Positions 34,590-44,534 of a stretch of DNA of 64,000 bases are shown here, piece after piece. This stretch comes from Eubacteriales bacterium (GTDB taxonomy: Bacteria > Bacillota > Clostridia > Oscillospirales > RGIG577), in assembly GCA_050943735.1 (NCBI GenBank), contig JBMNPT010000007.1:51220-115219 (forward strand). Reading direction: 5' to 3'. The notes under the pieces are model-generated. The model was not told the DNA's origin. It worked only from the letters and a program-made list of their open reading frames with translations, and did no database searches. Positions within the stretch are counted from its first letter, which is position 1, and the number at the start of each line of letters is the position of its first letter. The position numbers and the translations under genes are program-made.

Positions 34590-35717
34590 TTAGGAAAGAC
34601 GCATTTTGAAATCCTCATAGCCGAACTCCCGCACCAGCTGGATGGAGCCATCCTCTTCCCGAATGGCAATGGCGGGCAGATTCATTCCGTTGAAGGTGTT
34701 ATTTTTCACCATGGAATAGATGGCCATGTCGCAGAAGTGCAGCCGTTGACCGGGCACCAGTGGAGCGTCAAAGCTGTAGTCCCCGATGATGTCCCCCGCC
34801 AGACAGGTGGGGCCTCCCAATCGATAGGTATAGGGCTTCTCTCCGGGCTCTCCAGCGCCCACAATTTGCGGACGGTAGGGCATCTCCAGCACATCGGGCA
34901 TGTGACAGGCCGCCGAGGTGTCCAGAATGGCGATGTCCATGCCATTGTGCAGGGTATCCAGCACACTGCTCACCAAAAAACCGCTGTTGAGCGCCACCGC
35001 TTCTCCCGGTTCCAGATACACTTCCACCCCGTAGCGCTGCTGTACTCGCTCTATGCAGCCAATCAGCCGTTCTATATCGTAGCCGGGACGGGTGATGTGG
35101 TGCCCACCCCCAAAATTGAGCCATTTCATCCGGGGCAGGTATTCTCCGAATTGTTCCTCCACTGCTTGCAGCGTCACATCCAGCGCATCGGCGTCCTGCT
35201 CGCACAGCGTGTGGAAATGCAGCCCTTCCAAGCCATCCAGCAGGTCGGGGCGGAAGTTTTCCCGAGTGACACCCAGACGGGAAAGGGGCGCGCAGGGATC
35301 GTAGATGGCGTGCCCCTCTTGGGTGGAGCACTGGGGGTTGAGGCGGATGCCGCAGGAACGGCCTGCCGCCACTGCCCGGGGACCAAAGGTCTGCCACTGG
35401 GAGAAGGAGTTGAAGAGGATGTGATCACACAGGGACACAATCTCATCGAATTCGTCCTCCCGATAGGCGGGGGAAAAAATGTGGGTTTCGCCGCCCATTT
35501 CCTCCCGGCCCAGCCGGGCCTCAAACAGTCCGCTGGCAGTGGTGCCGCTGAGATACTGTCCCATCAGCGGGTAGAGGGAAAACATGGAGAAGCACTTCTG
35601 GGCCAGCAGAATGTGACATCCGGTCCGGTCCATCACCTGGCGCAGCAGCTCCAGATTGCGCAGCAGCAGGCTTTTGTCCACCACATAGCAGGGGGTGGGA
35701 ATGTTGGTATAATCCAT
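34590..35717 (-). CDS. nspC: carboxynorspermidine decarboxylase
   Basis: MDYTNIPTPCYVVDKSLLLRNLELL...LLAQKCFSMFSLYPL...GTTASGLFEARLG...; 375 aa, typical of NspC. Confidence 0.85.
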   Translation of the reverse strand: MDYTNIPTPCYVVDKSLLLRNLELLRQVMDRTGCHILLAQKCFSMFSLYPLMGQYLSGTTASGLFEARLGREEMGGETHIFSPAYREDEFDEIVSLCDHILFNSFSQWQTFGPRAVAAGRSCGIRLNPQCSTQEGHAIYDPCAPLSRLGVTRENFRPDLLDGLEGLHFHTLCEQDADALDVTLQAVEEQFGEYLPRMKWLNFGGGHHITRPGYDIERLIGCIERVQQRYGVEVYLEPGEAVALNSGFLVSSVLDTLHNGMDIAILDTSAACHMPDVLEMPYRPQIVGAGEPGEKPYTYRLGGPTCLAGDIIGDYSFDAPLVPGQRLHFCDMAIYSMVKNNTFNGMNLPAIAIREEDGSIQLVREFGYEDFKMRLS

Positions 35718-35736
35718 GGGAAAACTCCTTTCAATT

Positions 35737-36609
35737 TCAGGTGAGCAGTTCGGGAAAAACCGCTTGTTTGACCGCCTGGATGGGCATGTCCTGCCCAGTC
35801 CACAGGCGGAAGGCCTCCGCGCCTTGCCACAGCAGCATTCCCAGTCCGTTGACCGGGATACAGCCCCGCTGGCGGGCCATGGCCAGTAGACGGGTGGTGA
35901 GCGGCTCGTAAATCACATCGTACACCAGCAGTCCGGAGGGGAGCAGTTCCGCCCGAGGCAGAGGGCATCTCTCCGGATGGGGTGACATGCCCATGGAGGT
36001 GCCGTTGACCAGTGCGGCGCTGGTGGAGATCTCCTGTGCCAGCCGCTCCTCGTCCGCCAGGTCGTATAGTCCAATGTGGCAGCCTGTTTCCTTTTCCAGT
36101 TGCCGGATGAGGGGACGGGCCTGTTCCAGGGAGGGGCTTTGGCGGTTGAAGAGGGAGAGCTCACTGGCTCCATCCAGCGCTGCCTGCACGTAAATGGCGG
36201 TGGAAGCTCCGCCCACCCCCAGAATGGTCAGCTTTTTCCCCCGGAGATCCACACCCGCATCCCGGGCGGCCAGCATAAAGCCCACGCCGTCGGTATTGTG
36301 ACCGGTGAGGATGCCGTCCTGGTTGCATACGGTATTGACCGCTCCGATGAGCCGGGCGGCGGGGGAGAGCTGATCGCACAGCTGGGCCATGCGGTGCTTG
36401 TCCGGCATGGTGATGTTCCATCCCCGTACCCCCAGCTGACGCAGTCCCGCCACTGCGGCGTCCATCTGGTGTTCCGCTACATCAAAGGCGGTGTAGACGC
36501 AGTCCATCCCCAGCGCTTCAAAAGCGGTGTTGTGCATGAGGGGAGAACGACTGTGGGCAATGGGGGTACCCAGCACGCAATACACCTGGGTATGACCGGT
36601 AATTTTCAT
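35737..36609 (-). CDS. aroE: shikimate dehydrogenase (AroE/YdiB family)
   Basis: Motifs SRSPLMHNTAF, NITMPDK, NTDGVGF and GVGGAS. Confidence 0.85.
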   Translation of the reverse strand: MKITGHTQVYCVLGTPIAHSRSPLMHNTAFEALGMDCVYTAFDVAEHQMDAAVAGLRQLGVRGWNITMPDKHRMAQLCDQLSPAARLIGAVNTVCNQDGILTGHNTDGVGFMLAARDAGVDLRGKKLTILGVGGASTAIYVQAALDGASELSLFNRQSPSLEQARPLIRQLEKETGCHIGLYDLADEERLAQEISTSAALVNGTSMGMSPHPERCPLPRAELLPSGLLVYDVIYEPLTTRLLAMARQRGCIPVNGLGMLLWQGAEAFRLWTGQDMPIQAVKQAVFPELLT

Positions 36610-36803
36610 AGTGGACAGACCTCCTGTGAGGATGAGATGTTCTTATTATACCATGGACCGCAAAAGGCCGGGAGATTTTTTTGAGAAATTTTCCGATTGG
36701 GGGTTTATGTGGGAGCGAGAAAGGACATACTAGGAATGCAGCGGGTGTGCGCTGCGATCCCATCTTTTTCAACATCTTTTTCATGATCGACCCCTTACAG
36801 GGG

Positions 36804-36831
36804 AAAAACCTCCGTTTTTGCGGAGGTTTTT
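36804..36831. terminator. orphan bidirectional terminator-like hairpin in a divergent intergenic region
   Basis: AAAAACCTCCG/CGGAGGTTTTT stem of up to 11 bp with a 6-nt loop and T/A runs on both sides. No upstream gene on either strand would be terminated here. Confidence 0.45.
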
Positions 36832-36916
36832 CTCTGCCTGCAGGTTTAACCCGGAGCTGGGAGGGGCATACTGGAAATGAAGCAATTCTAGGGAATCAAT
36901 CGAAGGAGGAATGAAT

Positions 36917-37243
36917 ATGCCGTCTTTACAATGTAATGTGACCAACTGTGCCAACAACTGTGAGCAGCATTGCTGCCGGCCTATTATCAAGGTGGAGGGC
37001 CAGGAGGCCAGCAAGGCCTGCGATACCAGCTGCCGGAATTTCGTACAGCAGGGACATCAACCCACCAGCGGAGCGGTGCCGGGGGCCTATTCTCAGGCCA
37101 ATCTCAACATTGACATCAAGTGTGCCGCCACTGGATGTGCCTACAACCGGAATCATATGTGCAGCGCACCCTCGGTGGACATCACCGGGATGGGGGCCAG
37201 TCAGAGTGGCCAGACGGAATGTCATACCTTCCGGGCCAAATAA
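36917..37243 (+). CDS. DUF1540 domain-containing cysteine-rich protein
   Basis: Two repeats: CNVTNCANNCEQHCCRPIIKVEG and CAATGCAYNRNHMCSAPSVDITG. ATG 36917 has better spacing from AAGGAGG than 36911. Confidence 0.75.
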   Translation: MPSLQCNVTNCANNCEQHCCRPIIKVEGQEASKACDTSCRNFVQQGHQPTSGAVPGAYSQANLNIDIKCAATGCAYNRNHMCSAPSVDITGMGASQSGQTECHTFRAK

Positions 37244-37269
37244 GCTGTTTTCTTTCTTCCCTTTGGATG

Positions 37270-37313
37270 GGGCCGAATCGGTCTGCCTGTGGACTGATTC
37301 GGCCCTGTTTTTT
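37270..37313 (+). terminator. intrinsic terminator after DUF1540 gene
   Basis: A 14-bp stem GGGCCGAATCGGTC/GACTGATTCGGCCC followed by TGTTTTTT. Confidence 0.85.
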
Positions 37314-37422
37314 GTGGGAATGACTGGGCAATCCATTGTAAAAAACAGGGCGCTGTGGTACACTATAAGATAGCAAACTGGGCCTGTGGCCCGGAACCAT
37401 CAAGAATGTGAGGTACAGAACA

Positions 37423-38613
37423 ATGGAATATAAGATTTCCAAGCGGATCGGCGGGCTCAAGCCCTCGGCCATCCGTGAGATTTTGAAAAACTCCAGCGCC
37501 GATGTGATTCCCTTCTCCGCGGGCAATCCCGCAGTGGAATCCTTCCCCATCGCCCAGATGCAGGAGATCAGCAATCAGATTTTTACTGAAATGGGCGGGT
37601 TTGCGTTGCAATATGGCGTTACCGAAGGCTATGCCCCTCTGCGGGAAAAGCTCAAAGCCCGTCTGAAGGACAAATTTGCCATGGGTACGCTGGAGGATGA
37701 CCTCATTGTGGTGAGCGGCGGACAGCAGGCCATTGATCTGGCCACCAAGGTGCTGTGCAATGAGGGGGACATTGTGGTGAGCGAAAATCCCTCCTTCATC
37801 GGCGCCCTCAATACCTTCCGGTCCTATGCGGTCCAGCTCCGGGGCGTGGACGTGCAGGAGGATGGAATGGATCTGGAGCAGCTGGAAGCCACCTTCCGGG
37901 ACAACGAAAACGTGAAGATTTTGTATATCATTCCCTCTTTCCAGAATCCGCTGGGCACCTGCACCAGCCTGGAAAAGCGCAAGGCCATTTATGACCTGTG
38001 CGTCAAGTATGGGGTCATCATTCTGGAGGACAACCCCTATGGCGAGCTGCGGTTCCAGGGGGAGGACATCCCCACCATCAAGTCCATGGATACCGAAGGC
38101 ATTGTGATCTATTGCGGCAGCATGAGCAAGGTGATGAGTGCCGGTATCCGGGTGGGCTTTGTATTGGCTCCCAAGCCTCTCATTGCCAAGATGACGGTGG
38201 GCAAACAGGCCAGCGACGTACATACCAATCTGTTTTTCCAGATTCTCATTGACAAATTCATGGGCGAGTACGACATGGATGGTCACATCCAGAAGATTCG
38301 GGCGCTGTACCGTCACAAGAGCGGGCTCATGCTGGAGGGCATTCGCAAGCACTTCCCGGCGGAAGTGACCTATACCACTCCCGAGGGCGGACTCTTCCTG
38401 TGGTGCACTATGCCTGAGGGCAGCGACATGCTGGGTTTTGTGCAGTATGTGAAGGATCAGGGCGTGGCAGTGGTGCCGGGTATCGCCTTCAATGTGGATG
38501 AGAGTGCACCCAGCAATAGTTTCCGGCTCAATTATTCCACTCCCAGCGACGAGCAGATTGTCAAGGGTACTGAAATTCTGGGCAAGGCGCTGCACGCCTT
38601 TTTGAGCAAGTGA
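37423..38613 (+). CDS. PLP-dependent aminotransferase (class I/II fold)
   Basis: ...LKPSAIREIL...FSAGNPAVESFP...YGVTEGYAPLRE...GSMSKVMSAGIRVGF, containing the PLP lysine. Confidence 0.8.
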   Translation: MEYKISKRIGGLKPSAIREILKNSSADVIPFSAGNPAVESFPIAQMQEISNQIFTEMGGFALQYGVTEGYAPLREKLKARLKDKFAMGTLEDDLIVVSGGQQAIDLATKVLCNEGDIVVSENPSFIGALNTFRSYAVQLRGVDVQEDGMDLEQLEATFRDNENVKILYIIPSFQNPLGTCTSLEKRKAIYDLCVKYGVIILEDNPYGELRFQGEDIPTIKSMDTEGIVIYCGSMSKVMSAGIRVGFVLAPKPLIAKMTVGKQASDVHTNLFFQILIDKFMGEYDMDGHIQKIRALYRHKSGLMLEGIRKHFPAEVTYTTPEGGLFLWCTMPEGSDMLGFVQYVKDQGVAVVPGIAFNVDESAPSNSFRLNYSTPSDEQIVKGTEILGKALHAFLSK

Positions 38614-38629
38614 CACGGAGGGCATGGAG

Positions 38630-39649
38630 ATGGAAGAGACCAAAAAGAAGATTATTCTCAGCGGCATCCAGCCCAGCGGACAGATCACTTTGGGCAACTA
38701 TCTGGGCGCCGTGAAAAACTGGGTGGATCTGCAAAACGACGGGGAGGACAACTATGAGCGCCGGTATTTTGTGGCGGACCTCCACGCGCTGACGGTGCGG
38801 CAGGTGCCGGCTGATCTGCGTCGCCGGACGTTGGAAACCTATGTGATTTTGATGGCGTGTGGGCTGGACCCGGAGCAGACCATGCTGTTTGTGCAGAGTC
38901 ATGTACCCACCCACAGTCAGCTGGCCTGGATTCTCAACTGCTATACCCAGTTTGGCGAGCTGTCCCGGATGACCCAATTCAAGGATAAGAGTCAGAAAAA
39001 TCCGGAAAATGTCAATGCCGGACTGTTTACCTATCCCGCGCTGATGGCGGCGGACATTCTCATTTACAACGCCGATATGGTGCCGGTGGGAGTGGACCAG
39101 AAGCAGCATCTGGAGCTGGCCCGCACCATTGCCAACCGGTTCAATGGGCTGTATGGCGATACCTTTGTGGTGCCCGAGGGGTACATCCCCAAGGCTTCCG
39201 CCAAGATTTATTCGTTGGCAGATCCCACCCGCAAGATGAGCAAGTCGGATCCAAATGTGAACTCCTATGTGGCGCTGATGGACCCCAGAGATGTGATTCT
39301 GCGGAAATTCAAAAAGGCGGTGACCGACAGCGAAGCCCAGGTACGCTATGCCGAAGGCAAAGATGGCATCAACAATCTGATGACCATTTACAGTGTGTTC
39401 ACCGGCAAGAACTACGAAGAAATTGAGCGTGAATTTGAAGGCCGGGGCTATGGCGATTTCAAGCTGGCCGTGGGCGAAGTGGTAGCCGATGGTCTGGCGC
39501 CCATTCAGGAGCGGTATCAGCAGTTGATGGCGGACCGGCCGTACGTGGAAGGCCTGATGGCTGAAAATGCGGAAAAGGCATTTCGGATCACCCGGCGGGT
39601 AGTGGATAAGGTCTACCGTAAGGTGGGCTTGCTGGGGCTCAAGAGATAG
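38630..39649 (+). CDS. trpS: tryptophan--tRNA ligase
   Basis: Class I motifs: HIGH-like SGIQPSGQITLGNYLG and KMSKS (KMSKSD). ATG 38624 is an alternative start. Confidence 0.93.
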   Translation: MEETKKKIILSGIQPSGQITLGNYLGAVKNWVDLQNDGEDNYERRYFVADLHALTVRQVPADLRRRTLETYVILMACGLDPEQTMLFVQSHVPTHSQLAWILNCYTQFGELSRMTQFKDKSQKNPENVNAGLFTYPALMAADILIYNADMVPVGVDQKQHLELARTIANRFNGLYGDTFVVPEGYIPKASAKIYSLADPTRKMSKSDPNVNSYVALMDPRDVILRKFKKAVTDSEAQVRYAEGKDGINNLMTIYSVFTGKNYEEIEREFEGRGYGDFKLAVGEVVADGLAPIQERYQQLMADRPYVEGLMAENAEKAFRITRRVVDKVYRKVGLLGLKR

Positions 39650-39659
39650 GAGTGATATT

Positions 39660-40712
39660 GTGTTCGGCAACACCAATCATGACCTGTGGTGCATCGCTAC
39701 CTTTGGGGTGGCGGTGCTGGTGAGCTTTTTTGCCACCCCTATGGTGAAAAGACTGGCCTGTTATCTGGGAGCCATTGATGTGCCCAAGGATGCCCGTCGG
39801 ATGCATAAAAAGCCCATTCCCCGATTGGGCGGACTGGCGATCTTCCTGGGATTTTTTGTGGCGGTGCTGCTGTTTGTGCCCATGACACCCCAGATGCTCA
39901 GCATTATGGTGGGCGCCATGATCATTGTGGCGCTGGGCGCCTTTGACGATATGTATGCTCTCAGTGCCCGTCTCAAGCTGGTGGTGCAGATTGTGGCGGC
40001 CTGTATGCCGGTGCTGGGCGGTGTGCGCATTGAGGTGATCACCAATTTCCTGCCCTGGGGCGGCCAGTTTATCAGTTTCGGTATTTTGGCCATTCCCATT
40101 ACGGTGCTGTGGATTGTGGGCATCACCAATGCGGTCAACCTCATTGACGGCCTGGACGGGCTGGCTGCGGGCGTTTCCTGCATTGCTTCCATGGCGGTGA
40201 TGATCATTGCCATTCAGGTGTCCGACGTGCAGGTGGCCATGCTCATGGGCGCGCTGGCGGGCGGCTGTCTGGGATTTTTGCCCTACAATTTCAATCCCGC
40301 AAAAATTTTCATGGGAGATACAGGGGCATTGTTCCTGGGCTACATGCTGGCCACCAGTTCCATTCAGGGGTTGTTCAAATTTTCCGCAGTGATTTCCTTC
40401 GCGGTACCCTTCCTGATTTTGGGCTTGCCTATTTTTGATACCGCTTTTGCCATTATCCGGCGGTTGGCCAAAGGCCAGAGTCCCATGCATCCTGACCGGG
40501 GACATCTGCATCACCGGCTCATTGACATGGGCTTTTCCCAGAAGCAGACAGTGGCGATTTTGTATGCCATGAGTGTATTGCTGGGTGTGAGTGCGGTGTT
40601 CCTCACCAATAGCGGTGCCATCAAGACCATGATTTTGCTGCTGACGGTGATCGTGATGGCCTTTGTGGCCTTCATGATTCTGGAAATGGAGGACAAGGAC
40701 CGGAAAAAGTGA
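39660..40712 (+). CDS. MraY/WecA-family undecaprenyl-phosphate GlcNAc-1-phosphate transferase (TagO-like)
   Basis: ...HKKPIPRLGGLAIFLGFF...NAVNLIDGLDGLAAG...FMGDTGALFLGY. Polytopic membrane protein with a GTG start. Confidence 0.85.
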   Translation: MFGNTNHDLWCIATFGVAVLVSFFATPMVKRLACYLGAIDVPKDARRMHKKPIPRLGGLAIFLGFFVAVLLFVPMTPQMLSIMVGAMIIVALGAFDDMYALSARLKLVVQIVAACMPVLGGVRIEVITNFLPWGGQFISFGILAIPITVLWIVGITNAVNLIDGLDGLAAGVSCIASMAVMIIAIQVSDVQVAMLMGALAGGCLGFLPYNFNPAKIFMGDTGALFLGYMLATSSIQGLFKFSAVISFAVPFLILGLPIFDTAFAIIRRLAKGQSPMHPDRGHLHHRLIDMGFSQKQTVAILYAMSVLLGVSAVFLTNSGAIKTMILLLTVIVMAFVAFMILEMEDKDRKK

Positions 40713-40729
40713 GAGAGGAGGAGAGCCGG

Positions 40730-41455
40730 GTGAAAGGAATGACCATCAAACAGGCTTTGGCTGCTTTGCTGCTTTTGCCCATGCTCTCTGGATGTACGGG
40801 CGCGGTGCCGGGCGGCATTGGACAGGGATTTGGCAACATTGACATGCCTCAGGTGGAAGAAAACCAGGGTCGGGGAGAAGTCAGCCGGCTGGAAGTAAGC
40901 GAGGAAAATATCCAGCAGGTATTGGATAGCACCTTCCGGCCTCAGCGGTTTACATGGGAAGCGGTGATTACCTATTATAGTGGGGCGCAGACCCGCAGTC
41001 AGACCAGCCGGATGATTGCCAGTGATGGGAAATTGCGGTTGGAAATTGTCAGCGGCGGGGTGCGCAATGGACTGTTCATCTGCAAGGAGGACAGTCTGTA
41101 TGTATTTGATTCCGCAGGGTATACCTATTATCAGATCCCCTGGACCGGCGGAGTGGACCAACTGCTGTCGTTGGCGCAAATCAGTGATTTTTATCCCATT
41201 TCTCAGGAGCAGATTGTGGAGAGTCGGATAGAGAGCGGCAGCGATGGCAATGTGCTGTGTCTGACAGTGGCCGATGAGGAACTGGGCTTGGAAGATGAAT
41301 ACCGGTTTTCCATGGATAGCGGCATTCCGCTGCAGGTGACCAGCCGGTTGGAGGGTCAGGTGAGTTATACATTGGAGACCACGCTGTGGGATACCGAAAC
41401 GGTACCGGATCAATCTCAGTTTGACATTCCCGCTGAGAGCCGTCAGATCCAATAA
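40730..41455 (+). CDS. hypothetical lipoprotein
   Basis: Lipobox LLLLPMLSGCTG. GTG 40730 lies 6 nt after GAGGAGGAG. Alternative starts are 40709 and 40739. Confidence 0.65.
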   Translation: MKGMTIKQALAALLLLPMLSGCTGAVPGGIGQGFGNIDMPQVEENQGRGEVSRLEVSEENIQQVLDSTFRPQRFTWEAVITYYSGAQTRSQTSRMIASDGKLRLEIVSGGVRNGLFICKEDSLYVFDSAGYTYYQIPWTGGVDQLLSLAQISDFYPISQEQIVESRIESGSDGNVLCLTVADEELGLEDEYRFSMDSGIPLQVTSRLEGQVSYTLETTLWDTETVPDQSQFDIPAESRQIQ

Positions 41456-41571
41456 AAAGACAAAACAAAAAGGACGAGGTTCCTCTGCGTTTGCGGAAGA
41501 TCCCGTCCTTTATTGCTCTCATGTCGTCCATAAGGACGGGATGGGAGCATTATCCCTGTTACGTCAGGGGG

Positions 41572-41808
41572 TTAGCCATTGTTGTTGGCCTTGGGCATGG
41601 TCTGGCCGGCGGACAGATTCTGTTCCGCCTGGGCGATCATACGCTTTACCATTTCGCCGCCCACGCTGCCATTCTGACGAGAGGTCAGGTCACCGTTGTA
41701 ACCGTTCTTCAGGTTCACACCCAGCTCGTTGGCCACCTCGTACTTGAACTGATTCAGCGCTTCCTTGGCGTTGGCGTTTACAGGCTTGTTGCTGCTGTAG
41801 TTTGCCAT
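41572..41808 (-). CDS. alpha/beta-type small acid-soluble spore protein
   Basis: 78 aa: ...ALNQFKYEVANELGVNLKNGYNGDLTSRQNGSVGGEMVKRMI... with an AAGGAGG RBS. It is the internal ATG of ORF 41572..42003. Confidence 0.85.
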   Translation of the reverse strand: MANYSSNKPVNANAKEALNQFKYEVANELGVNLKNGYNGDLTSRQNGSVGGEMVKRMIAQAEQNLSAGQTMPKANNNG

Positions 41809-41885
41809 GTGTTTCTCACCTCCTTCCGAGTACACCTGTATTGTGTGTCGTGGGCGGAAAAATACACATGGCAATTTTTGCTTTT

Positions 41886-43943
41886 TTAATTGAATGTGTT
41901 GGCCCGCTGGATGGCTGCCAGCAACCGGGCACATCGTTTTCGCAATCCATGGTGTTGGGGCTGCTCCAGCGCGGGATCTGCGTCCAGCAATTGTTGGGCG
42001 CATTCCCGGGCCAATGCGATGGTGCGGCTGTCGCCAAACAAATCAGCGATTTTCAGTTGAGGCAGGCCATGCTGGCGGTTTCCAAAAAAGTCACCCGGTC
42101 CACGCAGCCGGAGATCTTCCTGGGCGATGACAAACCCATCGTGGGAAGAGCAGAGCAGCTGCAGGCGTTTGCGGCCGGTCTCGCTCAGCTGGCGGCCCAT
42201 GAGAAAGCACCAGGAGCGATGGGAACCTCGTCCCACCCGGCCGCGCAGCTGATGCAGCTGAGAGAGGCCAAATCGGCCGGCATCCTCCACCACCAGTACG
42301 GTGGCGTTGGGAATGTCGATGCCCACTTCGATTACGGTGGTGGACACCAGAATGTCCAATGCTCCTGCCGCGAACTGTTCCATAATAAGGCCTTTTTCGG
42401 CCTGTTTCATGCGGCCATGGATACAGCCCACCCGCAGATCTGGAAAGACCTCTTGCTGCAGCTGAGCGGCAAAGGTAGTAGCTGCCTGCAAATCCATTTT
42501 TTCACTTTCTTCCACCAGCGGACAGATGAAGAAGGTCTGCCGGCCCTGGCGGGCTTCCTGTCGAATAAATCCATACAGCCCCTCACGACGGTTTTCCGCC
42601 ACCAGATGGGTTTCCACCGGCTGGCGGCCGGGGGGCAGTTCGTCGATCACCGACAAATCCAGATCGCCGTACAGCACAAAGGCCAGACTGCGGGGAATGG
42701 GGGTGGCGCTCATCACCAGCATGTGGGGAACGCCGCCCTTGTCCGCCAGCGCGCTGCGCTGGTCCACCCCAAAACGGTGCTGTTCATCGGTGACCACCAG
42801 CGTCAGCCGGGCAAAATGCACATCCTGCTGCAGCAGCGCGTGGGTGCCAATAAGTACATCCAGCTCTCCCGCGGCGGCCTGGGCTTTGATTTGCTGCTTT
42901 TGCCGGCGGGTCATGGAGCCCGTGAGCAGGCCCACCCGCAGATGCAGTGCAGGGGCCAGGCGACACAGATTGTCATAGTGTTGCCGGGCCAGAATTTCGG
43001 TGGGGGCCATGAGGGCGGACTGCCAGCCGCCCCGAGCCGCAGCGTACAGAGCGGCGAAGGCCACCATGGTTTTGCCGCAGCCCACATCTCCCTGCACCAG
43101 ACGGTTCATGGGCACCGGACCGGCCATATCGGCCAGCACTTCCTCGATGGCCCGCTGCTGGGCTCCGGTGAGCTGGTAGGGAAGAGCGTCTGTAAAGGGC
43201 TTCAAATCCGCCATGGGCACCACCCGCTGGTTGCGCAGGGCCTGACGCCGGCCCTTGAGCCGCAGCATGGCGGTGGAGAGAATCAGCAGCTCGTCAAAAC
43301 ACAGCCGCTGCCGGGCCTGCTCCAGCTGGGCAAAACTGGCTGGATGATGAATGGCCCGGATGGCCTCCGGATAGGACAGAAGGCTATGGCTGTGCACCAG
43401 CTGAGAGGGAAGGTATTCCTCCAGTTGGTCGCCATTTTGCTCTAGTGCCTGAGCCACATGCCGGCGGATCTCTTTCTGGGTCAGCCCCTCACAGCAGGGG
43501 TAGACGGGCAGAATTTCCCCGGCGGGGGTGGGAACCCCTTCCTCCAGCCGCTGCCACTGAGGGCTGACAATTTCTCTGCGCAGCAGACTGCCGCCCATCC
43601 GGCCGAAAAAGAGGTATCGCTCCCCGGGCCGCAGGGAGGTCTTGAGGTATGGCTGGTTGAAAAAGGTGGCTTCCACCGCGCCTGACTCATCAGCCAGCAA
43701 CACTTTGCACATCTGGCGGCCGCCGCTGATGCGGGTGAGGCGAACCGGTCCTGCCACCGACGCCACAAATCCGCAGGGCTCGCCCAACGGAACCTGGTCG
43801 ATGGGCAGGATGCGGGTACGGTCCTCATAGGAGCGGGGAAAGTGGCCCAGCAGATCTTCCACTGTGGAGATGTTGAGTTTTTGGTAGGCCAGCAGTTTTT
43901 TGGGGCCCACGCCCCGCAGATACTGAATGGAATCGTGCAGCAC
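41886..43943 (-). CDS. recG: ATP-dependent DNA helicase RecG
   Basis: Wedge domain followed by helicase motifs (GDVGCGKT, DEQHRFGV, TATPIPR-like SATPIPRS, QLHQLRGRVGRG). GTG 43943 follows AAGGAGG. The ORF-track start at 44087 has no RBS. Confidence 0.9.
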   Translation of the reverse strand: MLHDSIQYLRGVGPKKLLAYQKLNISTVEDLLGHFPRSYEDRTRILPIDQVPLGEPCGFVASVAGPVRLTRISGGRQMCKVLLADESGAVEATFFNQPYLKTSLRPGERYLFFGRMGGSLLRREIVSPQWQRLEEGVPTPAGEILPVYPCCEGLTQKEIRRHVAQALEQNGDQLEEYLPSQLVHSHSLLSYPEAIRAIHHPASFAQLEQARQRLCFDELLILSTAMLRLKGRRQALRNQRVVPMADLKPFTDALPYQLTGAQQRAIEEVLADMAGPVPMNRLVQGDVGCGKTMVAFAALYAAARGGWQSALMAPTEILARQHYDNLCRLAPALHLRVGLLTGSMTRRQKQQIKAQAAAGELDVLIGTHALLQQDVHFARLTLVVTDEQHRFGVDQRSALADKGGVPHMLVMSATPIPRSLAFVLYGDLDLSVIDELPPGRQPVETHLVAENRREGLYGFIRQEARQGRQTFFICPLVEESEKMDLQAATTFAAQLQQEVFPDLRVGCIHGRMKQAEKGLIMEQFAAGALDILVSTTVIEVGIDIPNATVLVVEDAGRFGLSQLHQLRGRVGRGSHRSWCFLMGRQLSETGRKRLQLLCSSHDGFVIAQEDLRLRGPGDFFGNRQHGLPQLKIADLFGDSRTIALARECAQQLLDADPALEQPQHHGLRKRCARLLAAIQRANTFN

Positions 43944-44078
43944 ACAGACACCTCCTTTGTGAGATGGTTTGCCGTTATTATACCACAATCTGGCAGGGAG
44001 CGGAAGCGTTGACAGATGGGGGCGGCTCTGATAGTATTTGGGTAGTACACAGACCCTGGGGATGGAGGAGAGAAGCAG

Positions 44079-44534
44079 ATGCAGCAAAAACCACAGGTGC
44101 AGCTATATACCGACGGCTCCAGCCTGGGCAATCCCGGGCCGGGGGGCTATGGAGCGATTCTGGTGATGGGTCCTCATGAAAAGGAACTCAGCGGGGGAGA
44201 AAATCCCACCACCAACAACCGGATGGAGCTCATGGGGGCTATTGCGGGGCTAGAGGCATTGAAACGGCCCTGCCGGGTGACCCTCACCAGTGACAGCAAA
44301 TATCTGGTGGACGGGATCACCAAGGGCTGGGCCAAAAGCTGGCGGGCCCGGGGATGGGTGAAGTCGGATAAAAAACCGGCGCTGAATCCCGAATTGTGGG
44401 GCCGGCTGCTGGATTTATTGGAGATTCATGAAGTGGAGTTCGTGTGGGTCAAGGGCCATGCGGGCCATCCGTACAATGAGCGGTGTGATCAGCTGGCGGT
44501 GGCGTATGCCACCCGGCTGAAGGAGGGACGATGA
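44079..44534 (+). CDS. rnhA: ribonuclease HI
   Basis: ...[20 protein letters not shown]...[17 protein letters not shown]...[12 protein letters not shown]...[17 protein letters not shown]. Confidence 0.92.
   Translation: MQQKPQVQLYTDGSSLGNPGPGGYGAILVMGPHEKELSGGENPTTNNRMELMGAIAGLEALKRPCRVTLTSDSKYLVDGITKGWAKSWRARGWVKSDKKPALNPELWGRLLDLLEIHEVEFVWVKGHAGHPYNERCDQLAVAYATRLKEGR

Noticed and set aside
36518-36784. 88-aa minus-strand ORF (MKKMLKKMGSQ...) with an AAGGGG RBS-like sequence in the aroE upstream region.
   Set aside because: It overlaps the aroE promoter and about 90 nt of aroE out of frame. Its translation is Pro/His/Arg-rich with no features, so it is probably not coding.
38614-38629. T-box leader upstream of trpS.
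   Set aside because: Only about 16 nt separate trpS from the upstream aminotransferase gene. There is no room for a T-box, so trpS is apparently co-transcribed.
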